A stretch of 32,000 nt of DNA from the NCBI GenBank assembly GCA_037444445.1, contig JBBIMK010000010.1, positions 30,001 to 62,000 of the forward strand, given 5' to 3'. A model generated the notes under the pieces. The model made no database searches. It had not been told where the DNA came from and worked only from the letters and a program-made list of their open reading frames with translations. Source of the stretch: a bacterium. GTDB lineage: Bacteria > UBP7 > UBA6624 > JBBIMK01. Made by a program: the position numbers and the translations under genes. Positions 10,074-18,649 of this stretch are shown one piece after another (the stretch's first letter is position 1; the number at the start of each line of letters is the position of its first letter).

Positions 10074-10865
10074 TTATACCTGAACGGTGAGGGACTCCAG
10101 GGCAACCTCTGCTGCGCGCTTTCCGCTCAACAGCATGGCGCCGAATGTAGGACCCATTCTCGGTAGCCCGAAGGTTTCCGCCACGCTCATCCCCGTCGCA
10201 ATCAAGCCCGGATAAACCTCTCCGGTGTGCTCCACCACCAGGTCTTCGCTGGCTTCCACCCACATTCCACCCAGGCCCTTAGTCTTTAGCAGTCCGTGCT
10301 GTTCCGCTTTTCGGATGACGGAGGCTTCATGACCCGTGGCGTCAATAATCATTCTGGATTCCAGTGCAATGGGGTCCACGCAGGTAATTTCACGGGGCAA
10401 GCCGCGGACGGGGGTCCAGTTCACGACGACGCCGGCGATGCGGCCATTGCGAACCACGATGTCCTCCGCCATCGTGAGTTGAATAAACTTCACTCCCGCC
10501 TCGCAGGCGGAGGCAATGAGTTTGGAGCAAGCATGGGGACCGTCTGCCACCAGGAGCCCTTTCTTATACTCTTGAAATGGGACGCCAATCTCGGTAAGAA
10601 TTTCATCCGCCGGGGCGCGGAAGGTGACCTTATTCATAAAGTAGCCACCGATCCAGAACCCCCCGCCCAGATAGTTATTCCGCTCTAAAATCAGAGTGTT
10701 CAGCCCGGCTTTGGCCAGTTCACGACCCGCCATCAATCCCGATGGACCCGCACCCACCACTATCACATCCGAATCAATGGCTTGATTCAGAATTTTCGTA
10801 AATCCCTCCAGGATTGCCCGGGTCACATCTCGCTCCCCGATTTTTGCAAATTTGTCCATCTCCAA
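10074..10865 (-). CDS. thi4: THI4-type thiazole synthase (ADP-thiazole synthase)
   Basis: Dinucleotide-binding motif VIVVGAGPSGLMAGRELA, followed by LERNNYLGGG, GVVVNWTPV, IIDATGHEASV and RMGPTFGAMLLSGKRAAE. These are characteristic of the Thi4/THI1 family. Confidence 0.9.
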   Translation of the reverse strand: MEMDKFAKIGERDVTRAILEGFTKILNQAIDSDVIVVGAGPSGLMAGRELAKAGLNTLILERNNYLGGGFWIGGYFMNKVTFRAPADEILTEIGVPFQEYKKGLLVADGPHACSKLIASACEAGVKFIQLTMAEDIVVRNGRIAGVVVNWTPVRGLPREITCVDPIALESRMIIDATGHEASVIRKAEQHGLLKTKGLGGMWVEASEDLVVEHTGEVYPGLIATGMSVAETFGLPRMGPTFGAMLLSGKRAAEVALESLTVQV

Positions 10866-10874
10866 TATCCCTCC

Positions 10875-11492
10875 TTATGGATTTTCTTGCTGAAATTTCA
10901 CTCCATCCGATGTGGTGATGATGCCCTGATAGAGGAAAGAAACCTGGCGGATTGTAGATTGCTGGTCAAACTCGTTCAGTGCGGCGCAGGCATCGGCTGG
11001 CATCACCACCTGGAACCATCGCAGGGCGGAACTTCCCGCGGTGTGAAGAACGCAAATATTGGAAACTGTCCCGCAGAACACCAGATACTGAATGTTTTTC
11101 AATCGTAGAAGATGCTCCAGAGGAGTGCCATAGAAAGCGTCATATCGCAATTTTTTGACCGTGGGTTCATCCGGGCCTGGCTGGAGTTCCCGGATGATTT
11201 CCGCCCCCCAGGTTCCTGCTACAGCGTGAACGGGCCAGATTTTAAACTCCGGGTCGTCCTTCGCATGCCAGTCCTGGGTGAATACCACGGTAGCACCACC
11301 TCTTCTCGCTTTCTTTAGCAGTCTGACGATGGCGGGAATGGCAGATTTCGTGGAGGGAACATAAAGGCTCCCCTCCGGGTGGGCAAAATCGTTCTGCATA
11401 TCCACCACAATCAAGGCGGTTTCTTTCGCAGGGAGTTTCACCTCTTTCACACTTTTATATTCTGGAACGGTCAGGAGTTTTGGCTTGCTCAT
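10875..11492 (-). CDS. pncA: Nicotinamidase/pyrazinamidase (isochorismatase-family cysteine hydrolase)
   Basis: PncA signature: [11 protein letters not shown] (catalytic Asp), TQDWH and [13 protein letters not shown] (metal-binding Asp/His pattern), a conserved Lys (VKKLRYDAF) and a catalytic Cys in [12 protein letters not shown]. The start overlaps the thiC stop (ATGA), with GGAGGAA just upstream. Confidence 0.85.
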   Translation of the reverse strand: MSKPKLLTVPEYKSVKEVKLPAKETALIVVDMQNDFAHPEGSLYVPSTKSAIPAIVRLLKKARRGGATVVFTQDWHAKDDPEFKIWPVHAVAGTWGAEIIRELQPGPDEPTVKKLRYDAFYGTPLEHLLRLKNIQYLVFCGTVSNICVLHTAGSSALRWFQVVMPADACAALNEFDQQSTIRQVSFLYQGIITTSDGVKFQQENP

Positions 11493-12856
11493 AATTCCTC
11501 CATCCTGTGGGCTTGTGCGAGGAGGTGCTGTTTTTCTTCCGCGTCAGTCATTTTCCGAATATCCTGCGTCATTTTCATGGGGCAGAATTTGGGACCGCAC
11601 ATAGAGCAGAAGGGGGCGGTTTTGAAGTACTCATCCGCCAGCGTTTCGTCGTGATAAACCCGGGCTCGTTCCGGGTCAAGAGCCAGTCGGAACTGCTCCT
11701 CCCAGTCAAATTGAAACCTGGCTTTTGATAGCAGGTCATCGCGGAATCGTGCTCCTTTTCTGCCCCGGGCGATGTCTGCTGCATGGGCTGCAATCTTGAA
11801 TGCGATGATACCCTGCCGAACATCCTCCACATTGGGTAACCCCAGGTGTTCTTTGGGGGTGATGTAGCAGAGAAGTGCAGCCCCCGCAGCCCCCGCCACA
11901 GTGGCCCCTATGGCACCCGTAATATGGTCATATCCGGGCGCAATGTCCGTCACCAGAGGACCCAGAACATAAAACGGCGCCTCGTGGCACCACTCCATCT
12001 GTTTCTTTACATTCATCTCAATAAGATGGAAGGGGATATGCCCGGGTCCTTCAATCATCACCTGAACATCTTTCTCCCAGGCGCGAAGGGTCAATTCGCC
12101 CAGGGTCTTGAGTTCAGCGAATTGGGCAGAATCGTTGGCATCTGCGAGACAGCCGGGGCGAAGCCCATCGCCGGCGCTGATGGTCACATCGTGCCGTCGG
12201 CAGATGTCCAGAATCCGGTCAAAGTTCTCATACAACGGGTTCTGGCGATTGTGAATCATCATCCAGTGAGCGAGGATACCTCCACCCCGACTCACGATAC
12301 CGGTGAGCCGATGGGCAGTCAAAGGAATATATTCTTTCAGCACACCGATATGAAGAGTCATATAATCTACACCTTGCTGAGCCTGAAACTGTATGATGTC
12401 CAGAATTAACTCCGGGGTAATTTTCTCCACACTCCCCGCTTCATAGAGGACCTGATAGATAGGAACGGTTCCCACGGGTAGAGGACTTTTTTTTACTACC
12501 ATCTCCCGAATCTCATTGATATTCTTCCCATCGGAAAGGTCCATCACGGTGTCAGAGCCATAATGAATCGCTATGTGAAGTTTTTCCAGCTCTTCCTCCA
12601 GGGAAGAAGTGGTGGGGGATGCACCGAAGTTGGTGTTGATTTTGCACCGGAAATTCATTCCGATGACCGTGGGTTCCAGGCGGGTGTGGTGGATATTGGC
12701 AGGGATGACCGCCCGCCCTCGCGCCACCTCGCTCCGGACAAGTTCTGGCTCCACTCCCTCCCGCTCGGCGCAGGACTTCATCGCCTGCGTGATGATGCCT
12801 TTCCGAGCATAGTGCATCTGCGTTACACATCGCTCCTTCCCATTTATCAAACCCAT
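11489..12856 (-). CDS. thiC: Phosphomethylpyrimidine synthase ThiC
   Basis: Full-length ThiC-like sequence, including TVMDLS, GIVSRGG, EGPGH and the C-terminal radical-SAM cluster motif [21 protein letters not shown] lies 9 nt upstream of the ATG. Confidence 0.97.
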   Translation of the reverse strand: MGLINGKERCVTQMHYARKGIITQAMKSCAEREGVEPELVRSEVARGRAVIPANIHHTRLEPTVIGMNFRCKINTNFGASPTTSSLEEELEKLHIAIHYGSDTVMDLSDGKNINEIREMVVKKSPLPVGTVPIYQVLYEAGSVEKITPELILDIIQFQAQQGVDYMTLHIGVLKEYIPLTAHRLTGIVSRGGGILAHWMMIHNRQNPLYENFDRILDICRRHDVTISAGDGLRPGCLADANDSAQFAELKTLGELTLRAWEKDVQVMIEGPGHIPFHLIEMNVKKQMEWCHEAPFYVLGPLVTDIAPGYDHITGAIGATVAGAAGAALLCYITPKEHLGLPNVEDVRQGIIAFKIAAHAADIARGRKGARFRDDLLSKARFQFDWEEQFRLALDPERARVYHDETLADEYFKTAPFCSMCGPKFCPMKMTQDIRKMTDAEEKQHLLAQAHRMEEL

Positions 12857-12943
12857 ATCTGCTTTCCCCTCCTGAGGTAATATCCCTTCATCTCATTTCT
12901 TTTCTTTTTGGGGCATTCCGGGGAAGTGTGAGGAGAAACTCTG

Positions 12944-13040
12944 GCACCTTCCCTCCGCCGGTATTATCCGGATCAGGTTCCAGGGGTCATCCCACTCCAA
13001 ACTGCGCAGGACTTCTCAGCACTCAGGCTCCCCCGGTGCC
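12944..13040 (-). promoter_or_regulatory. TPP (THI-box) riboswitch aptamer
   Basis: The reverse complement reads GGCACCGGGGGAGCCUGAGUGCUGAGAAGUCCUGCGCAGUUUGGAGUGGGAUGACCCCUGGAACCUGAUCCGGAUAAUACCGGCGGAGGGAAGGUGCC. P1 is GGCACC/GGUGCC. The conserved CUGAGA and ACCUGAUCCGGAUAAUACCGGCG cores are present. The aptamer sits between the promoter and the thiC SD. Confidence 0.92.
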
Positions 13041-13047
13041 CACCTTA

Positions 13048-13076
13048 AATATAACACAAAAATTGCCGCCCTGCAA
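13048..13076 (-). promoter_or_regulatory. Promoter of the riboswitch-thiC operon
   Basis: On the minus strand: TTGCAG (13076-13071), 17-nt spacer ending in TGt, then TATATT (13053-13048). The predicted start site coincides with the 5' end of the aptamer P1. Confidence 0.5.
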
Positions 13077-13887
13077 AGGGGAGTTCTCACCCGGCGATTT
13101 TACGGGAACTTCCCTGAAAGTTTGGTGCAGGGAACAATGCTGCGTCCCGCAGGAAAAGCATCTAATAGAAAGAAGTATTTGCCCCTGAACGGTTTTAAGC
13201 AATTGATGGGAGTAATCCTTTTAACCCGCTGGCAGTGGCATCTCCTTGCCGGGCGATAACGCTAACACCCGTCGGGTAAGTTCTGATTCCGGCATGGCTT
13301 CCTTGCCTGGCTGAATCCACCGGAGATAATGCATGCGTGCAAACATCAGAATCATACCCTTACCCACTATTTCTCTCTTCAGGTCGTTCAAAGGGCAGCG
13401 CACCTGCAAAAATTCCCACTCACCCAGTTGAGGGTATCATTTGTTCTGGCATCAGGAGGCGGAACATCTCGGGAAGCCTCACCCATCCGGGTCCAGATTC
13501 CGGGAATATAGAGGTTTTTCGCAAAGGGTCTACAAAAAGCGCCCGGATATCTGCTCCTCCCTTTCGGAAACTTCTCTTTCACCAGCGTATCTGTCTGAAT
13601 GAGTGCATCCCGGTTCCGAGAATACACGACACAATAAACACCCGCCTGATTATCTGGAATACCGCATGCGGATGTTTCAGGGTGCCTTTCACATAAACCC
13701 GGATTATATGCACGGGTATGGGTGGGCGCCCCTGAAAGAGGCACTGACACGCATCCGGAGTGAAGCAGAAAATCTCCGCCGCTCCCCTCCATAATTCTTT
13801 CCATTTCTCCAGATGACCTCCACTTTTATTTCTACACGGATTTGTAACTTTCAGTATTGACATTATTGGATATGACTTCACAACCTG

Positions 13888-13896
13888 TGTTACAAT
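13888..13896 (+). promoter_or_regulatory. Extended -10 promoter element upstream of lemA
   Basis: TGTTACAAT (TGn + TACAAT) lies 25 nt upstream of the lemA ATG. There is no good -35 at 17 nt. Confidence 0.4.
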
Positions 13897-13921
13897 ATAG
13901 AGCAGTGCGGAGGTGGAAGAT

Positions 13922-14476
13922 ATGATGGGGGTCTGGATACTTCTGGGCGTGGCGGTGCTGGTGGTTCTCTGGTGGATTACCACTTATAACCGGCTGATAC
14001 GGCTTCGGCTGATGACGGGGAATGCCTGGAGCGATATAGATGTGCAGTTAAAGCGTCGCCACGACCTGATACCCAATGTGGTGGAGACGGTGAAAGGCTA
14101 CGCCGCTCATGAGCGCACCACTTTTGAGAGGGTGGTGGAAGCCAGGACGGCGGCTATGGGCGCTTCCACTCCCGCTCAGCGGGCGGAGGCGGAGAATATC
14201 CTTACCGGGGCTTTGAAGTCCCTTTTCGCCCTCGCTGAAAATTACCCCGCTCTCAGGGCCAGCGAAAATTTTATGAACCTTCAGGGTCAGTTGTCGCAGA
14301 TTGAGGAGGCGATACAAAACGCCAGACGGTATTACAACGCGGTCGTCCGGGATTATAACAGTCTCACTCAATACTTCCCATCCAGCATCGTGGCAAATAC
14401 GGGCGGGTTCCGACCGGCGGAGTATTTCCAGCTCCCCTCGGAAGCCGAGCGAGAAGCCCCGAAAGTGCAGTTTTGA
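13922..14476 (+). CDS. lemA: LemA family protein
   Basis: N-terminal TM helix (VWILLGVAVLVVLWWI) is followed by YNRLIRLR...WSDIDVQLKRRHDLIPNVVETVKGYAAHERTTFERVVEARTAA and ENYPALRASENF, a typical LemA pattern. ATG 13922 lies 7 nt after GGAGGTG. The ORF track start, GTG 13913, falls inside the SD. Confidence 0.9.
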   Translation: MMGVWILLGVAVLVVLWWITTYNRLIRLRLMTGNAWSDIDVQLKRRHDLIPNVVETVKGYAAHERTTFERVVEARTAAMGASTPAQRAEAENILTGALKSLFALAENYPALRASENFMNLQGQLSQIEEAIQNARRYYNAVVRDYNSLTQYFPSSIVANTGGFRPAEYFQLPSEAEREAPKVQF

Positions 14477-14524
14477 TGCGAAACCTCTTCTGTTCACATA
14501 AGCCAGAAGAGGGGAAAGGGTGAG

Positions 14525-16276
14525 ATGAGGAGGATGAAGGGATTTAGCCGGTGGTTATTCTTTCTTTTTCTTGTTTTCCTGATTTATCCATTTTCTGCCT
14601 TCGGGGAAAGTATTCGGGAGTTCTCACTGGAACTGGCACTGGACGCCAGCGGGCGGTGGCTGGTCACCGAGCACATCACCTGGGACTTTGAGGATGAGTG
14701 GAGGCACGGCATCATTCGCCACATTCCCGTTTCATACCAGCGAAACGGATTCCGGTATCGTATCCGTCTGAAAGTGGTGAAAGTAACGGATGAAGACGGG
14801 CGACCCTATCGGTATAAGGTATATACCTCTGGGGGAAAAGTGCACATCAAGATTGGCGACCCGGAGAAAACCATCACCGGCGCACACCGGTACAACATTC
14901 AATATACGGTTCAGCGGGCGGTAGGCTTCTTCCCCACCTACGATGAAATCTACTGGAATGTGACCGGCGTGGAAAATGAAGTCCCTATCCATCAGGCAGA
15001 AAGCAGGTTTTATACTCTCTTCCCGGTGCAAAGAAATCTGGCAGATTCTGTTTGCTACACTGGGGCTTACGGAAGCGAACTCCAGAACTGCCGGAGGGAG
15101 ATATTCTATGGTGAGCGGGGGCTCATTCTTACCGTCTCCACCGGCTACCTCTCCCCGAGAGAGGGGCTCACGGTGGCGTTAAAACTCCCGAAGGGGCTGA
15201 TTCAGAAGCCCTCTTCGGCACAGGCTTTAACTTACTTTCTGGCCGACAACTGGTATCTCCTTCTTCCCATTTTTGTACTCATCGGGATGCTGTATTTCTG
15301 GGGGCAATATGGGAAGGAGTTGCCCCTTCCACCGATAGCGGTTCAGTACGAGCCGCCCGCCGGGTTTACCCCGGGGGAGATAGGCGTCGTTGTGGACGAA
15401 AGGGCCGATATTATAGACATTACTTCCTCACTCATTGACCTCGCTGTAAAAGGATATATCAAAATTCGGGAGGTGGAATCCACCCGGTTCCTCTTCTTTA
15501 CTTCCAGGGATTATGAATTCATCCTGTTAAAATCGGTGGAGCAGGATGAACAATTGAAAGACCATGAACGGTATATTTTACGAGGAATTTTCGGGGTGGC
15601 AGGAAAGCCTGGGACCTCTGTTTTCCTTTCCTCTCTTCGGAACCAATTTTATGTCCACCTGCCGAAAATCCGGGATGCGCTGTATTCCGAAGTGGTGGAG
15701 GCGGGGATATTTGAGGGCAACCCACAGGCTGTGCGGGTAACGTGGCTGGTAGGGGGGATTGTTTTCTTCTCTCTTATCGGCTTTCTTGCCTTTTATTTCT
15801 GGCAAAACCCGGTGGTTATCATCCCCAGTGGTGTCTCTGCGCTCATCGTAGTGGGTTTCTCGTACCTCATGCCGCGAAAGCCTTTTCGCGGAGTAGAAGT
15901 ATTGGCTCTCATACTGGGGTTCAAAGAGTTTCTCGTCCGGGTGGAAAAGGACCATTTAGAGCGGATGCACCGGGAAGACCCTCTGCTATTTGATAAATAT
16001 CTGCCCTATGCCATGGTGCTGGGTGTAGCGGATGAATGGGCAGAGCACTTTCGGGATTTATACCGCGACCCTCCCTCCTGGTATGAGTCCCCTGATTATG
16101 CAGGAGGGTTTTACCCGGTGGCATTTGTTCACGATTTAGGGCGAGGGCTGAACACAATGGGCGCCACGCTGAGCAGTGTGCCCTCGCGGGTCGGGGCGGG
16201 CGGCGGAGGGAGTGCCTTCGGCGGTGGCGGGTTCTCCGGGGGCGGTTTCGGCGGCGGCGGCACTTCCTCCTGGTGA
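14525..16276 (+). CDS. DUF2207 domain-containing membrane protein (usual LemA partner)
   Basis: Signal/TM segment, then an extracytoplasmic beta-rich domain (ITWDF...HGIIRHIP...YRYKV...YNIQYTV) and several TM helices. The C-terminal tail is Gly-rich (GGGGSAFGGGGFSGGGFGGGGTSSW). The architecture and position after lemA match DUF2207 proteins. Confidence 0.85.
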   Translation: MRRMKGFSRWLFFLFLVFLIYPFSAFGESIREFSLELALDASGRWLVTEHITWDFEDEWRHGIIRHIPVSYQRNGFRYRIRLKVVKVTDEDGRPYRYKVYTSGGKVHIKIGDPEKTITGAHRYNIQYTVQRAVGFFPTYDEIYWNVTGVENEVPIHQAESRFYTLFPVQRNLADSVCYTGAYGSELQNCRREIFYGERGLILTVSTGYLSPREGLTVALKLPKGLIQKPSSAQALTYFLADNWYLLLPIFVLIGMLYFWGQYGKELPLPPIAVQYEPPAGFTPGEIGVVVDERADIIDITSSLIDLAVKGYIKIREVESTRFLFFTSRDYEFILLKSVEQDEQLKDHERYILRGIFGVAGKPGTSVFLSSLRNQFYVHLPKIRDALYSEVVEAGIFEGNPQAVRVTWLVGGIVFFSLIGFLAFYFWQNPVVIIPSGVSALIVVGFSYLMPRKPFRGVEVLALILGFKEFLVRVEKDHLERMHREDPLLFDKYLPYAMVLGVADEWAEHFRDLYRDPPSWYESPDYAGGFYPVAFVHDLGRGLNTMGATLSSVPSRVGAGGGGSAFGGGGFSGGGFGGGGTSSW

Positions 16277-16294
16277 GGAGCGGTTCGTAAACCC

Positions 16295-17476
16295 CTACAC
16301 GGGGGAGATGGCACGGCACAGTTCCACGGCTTTGTGCCGCGCCCAGTGGTCGGTGGTGAATATGGAATCTATATCAAAAGTTCTGGGGGTTTCACCTTTT
16401 TCAAACTCTATCAGGGTTTGCTCTATCACCCGGGGAATATCGGTGAAAGAGATTTGCTCCTGCAAGAAGAGACTGACCGCAACCTCATTGGCGGCGTTCA
16501 TAACTGCAGGATACAACCCGCCTTTTTCCGCTGCCTTTCTGGCAATCTGATAGCAGGGAAAGCGCTGGGGGTCTATTTCAAAGAATGTTAAAGTGCCCAC
16601 CTCGGTTAAATTTAACGAAGGTAAAGGGGAAGGGATACGCTCGGGATAACTTAAAGCGTAAAGGATGGCTCCCCGCATGTCGGGGACGCTCATCTGTGCC
16701 AGAACGGATTTATCCACAAATTCCACCATAGAGTGGACGATGCTTTGCGGGTGAATCACTGCATCAATCTGAGAGTAGGGAATCTGGAATAAGTGGTGGG
16801 CTTCAATAATTTCCTGGCCTTTATTCATCAGGGTGGCGGAGTTGACGGTGACCAGAGGACCCATCTTCCAGTTGGGGTGAGAAAGAGCGTCCGTGGGTTT
16901 TACATACTTCAGTTGAGTCAAGGAGAGGGAGAGGAAGGGACCTCCGGAGGCAGTGAGGAGCAGACGATTCACATAGGGGGTTTCTCTTCCCTGGAGGACC
17001 TGGAAGATGGCGGAGTGTTCGCTATCCACCGGGAGAATCTGGGCGCCGGAAGAGCGGGCGGTTTTCATCATCAGTTCCCCCATGGACACCAGGCTTTCTT
17101 TATTCGCCAGGGCAACGGTTTTCCCAGCCTTCACGGCGGCGAAAGTGGGCTTCAACGCCGAAGTCCCTGCAATGCCCGAGAGCACTACATCTACCTCCGG
17201 AGCAGTGGATAGGGCTTCCACTCCTTCATCGCTCCATAGCACTTCCACCTCTGGCGTTAACAGATTTTTCAATTCCAGAGCAGCACTTCGGCTGTACACC
17301 GCTACCTTTTTGGGCTGGTAGCGAGCCACCTGCTCCAGCAGGTCCTCTACATTTTTCCCGTAAGCCACCAGCCCATAGAGGCGATATCTCTCCCGAATGG
17401 CGGTTTCATCAAATAAAGCCAGCGCCTGCCGGCCGATGGACCCGGTGGAGCCTAAAATCAATAAATTTTTCATCAC
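16295..17476 (-). CDS. dxr: 1-deoxy-D-xylulose-5-phosphate reductoisomerase
   Basis: Motifs ILGSTGSIGRQAL, LANKESLV, VDSEHSAIFQ, LTASGGPF and HPNWKMG. The start is either GTG 17476 or the adjacent ATG 17473. Confidence 0.95.
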   Translation of the reverse strand: MMKNLLILGSTGSIGRQALALFDETAIRERYRLYGLVAYGKNVEDLLEQVARYQPKKVAVYSRSAALELKNLLTPEVEVLWSDEGVEALSTAPEVDVVLSGIAGTSALKPTFAAVKAGKTVALANKESLVSMGELMMKTARSSGAQILPVDSEHSAIFQVLQGRETPYVNRLLLTASGGPFLSLSLTQLKYVKPTDALSHPNWKMGPLVTVNSATLMNKGQEIIEAHHLFQIPYSQIDAVIHPQSIVHSMVEFVDKSVLAQMSVPDMRGAILYALSYPERIPSPLPSLNLTEVGTLTFFEIDPQRFPCYQIARKAAEKGGLYPAVMNAANEVAVSLFLQEQISFTDIPRVIEQTLIEFEKGETPRTFDIDSIFTTDHWARHKAVELCRAISPV

Positions 17477-17483
17477 CGCCTTT

Positions 17484-17513
17484 ATTTTATCATACTTCTT
17501 TCATTGTGGGCAA
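17484..17513 (-). promoter_or_regulatory. Putative dxr promoter (extended -10)
   Basis: On the minus strand: TTGCCC (17513-17508), 18-nt spacer ending in TGa, then TAAAAT (17489-17484). Only 7 nt separate it from GTG 17476 and 10 nt from ATG 17473. Confidence 0.45.
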
Positions 17514-17607
17514 CCCGGCTGGAATGTGGGGTGTGGAGGGCAGGGTGCGGAATGCGTACTTCAGGCTTTGTATATGGTTATAGAATTAGGATAGGGGTGA
17601 AAAGGAA

Positions 17608-18525
17608 ATGAAGGTTTTCGTGACAGGCGGGACGGGGTTCATCGGGAGGGAAGTGGTGAGAAGTCTACTGGAGGGGCTACATTCTGTAACGGTAGCCACG
17701 AGGAGTGTAGAGAGGGCAAAGGGGCGTTGCCCTTCACAGGTGGCTCTCTTTCTCTGGGATGCCCGGACTCCGGAGCCGTTGGTTCCTATGATGGAATCCC
17801 ACGATGCAGTGGTTCACCTGGCGGGCGAAAGCATCGGAGCCCGGTGGACGCCCGGGCTGATGGAGCGCGCCCGAACCTCCCGGGTGGACAGCACGAGAGC
17901 CATTACTCAAGCCATTCAGGCGGCGAAAGTGCGTCCTTCAGTTTTTCTCCAGGCTTCCGCCACCGGCTACTATGGAATTCGGGGAGATGAAGAGGTGGAT
18001 GAATCTTCTGCGCCCGGGAAGGATTTCCTGGCGAGGCTCTGTCAGGAGTGGGAAGGCGCCAGCGTCAGGTTATCAGAACTCGGGGTCCGGCGGATTGTGG
18101 CACGGATTGGCATCGTGCTTTCTGCGAAAGGGGGAGGGCTGAAAAAGATGCTGTTGCCTTTCAAACTCGGGCTGGGCGGACCTCTCGGTTCCGGTGAGCA
18201 GTGGTGGTCCTGGATTACTCTGAAAGATGTCGCAGAGGCTATCCTCTACCTGTTGAAAAACGATAGAGCGGAAGGGATATTCAATGTTACCGCCCCGGAA
18301 CCGGTGCGAAATATAGAGTTCACTAAAACGCTGGCGAGGATGTTGCACCGCCCTGCTTTCTTCCCTGTTCCCCACTTCGCTTTACGCCTTATTTTCGGAG
18401 AGATGGCGGATGTTCTGCTACTGAACGGGCAGAGGGCAATTCCAAAACGCCTGCAATCCCTGAATTATTTCTTCCAGCATCCGAGGCTGGAAGCGGGGCT
18501 CTCGCATGCTCTCTCCGACAGATAA
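17608..18525 (+). CDS. TIGR01777/YfcH-type NAD-dependent epimerase-family protein (SDR fold with a DUF1731-like C-terminus)
   Basis: N-terminal MKVFVTGGTGFIG Rossmann motif, ~300 aa in length, and a C-terminal RAIPKRLQSLNYFFQHPRLEAGL typical of this family. SD-like GGGGTGAAAAGG lies upstream. Confidence 0.85.
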   Translation: MKVFVTGGTGFIGREVVRSLLEGLHSVTVATRSVERAKGRCPSQVALFLWDARTPEPLVPMMESHDAVVHLAGESIGARWTPGLMERARTSRVDSTRAITQAIQAAKVRPSVFLQASATGYYGIRGDEEVDESSAPGKDFLARLCQEWEGASVRLSELGVRRIVARIGIVLSAKGGGLKKMLLPFKLGLGGPLGSGEQWWSWITLKDVAEAILYLLKNDRAEGIFNVTAPEPVRNIEFTKTLARMLHRPAFFPVPHFALRLIFGEMADVLLLNGQRAIPKRLQSLNYFFQHPRLEAGLSHALSDR

Positions 18526-18620
18526 CGGGCGCAGGTTTGTAGCAGCCCCGCTGAAATACGGCCATGATTTCGCCGCTGGTTCAGAATGACGGGCGGGAGG
18601 ATAACGGTTCAAAAATTTGA

Positions 18621-18628
18621 TGTATAAT
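18621..18628 (+). promoter_or_regulatory. Candidate -10 element upstream of purF
   Basis: TG immediately followed by a perfect TATAAT (18623-18628), 21 nt upstream of the purF ATG. No convincing -35. Confidence 0.3.
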
Positions 18629-18649
18629 GAGGTAGGCAGGGGATAGAGT

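Noticed and set aside
13200-13560. Minus-strand resemblance to RNase P RNA (GGGUAAGGGU, CAGGCAAGG, CAGAACUUACCCG in the right order), to SRP RNA and to a cobalamin B12 box (GCCACUG).
   Set aside because: The universal P4 sequence GGAAAGUCC is absent, and the spacing between the motifs is far too short for RNase P. No GGAA-tetraloop/AGCA pattern of SRP helix 8 is present. The B12-box core and GGUG.AA..CC elements are missing. I treat these matches as chance.
13221-13983. Weak similarity of the broken minus-strand frames to 3-methyladenine DNA glycosylase (MPG/AAG), e.g. ..LGTGMHSFRQ.., KGRSRYPGAF, ADIRAL, SGPG.
   Set aside because: The catalytic E-x-E-A-Y block is not present, and the order and spacing of the matching bits do not fit one consistent alignment. 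The evidence is too tenuous to call without a profile search.
16190-16265. G-rich run that could be read as a G-quadruplex or simple repeat.
   Set aside because: It is in frame and encodes the Gly-rich C-terminal tail common to DUF2207 proteins. No independent signal.
18526-18649. Possible purine/ZTP-type riboswitch in front of purF.
   Set aside because: No conserved cores of the purine or ZTP (pfl) aptamers were recognisable. The region is short and is explained by a promoter plus a short leader.
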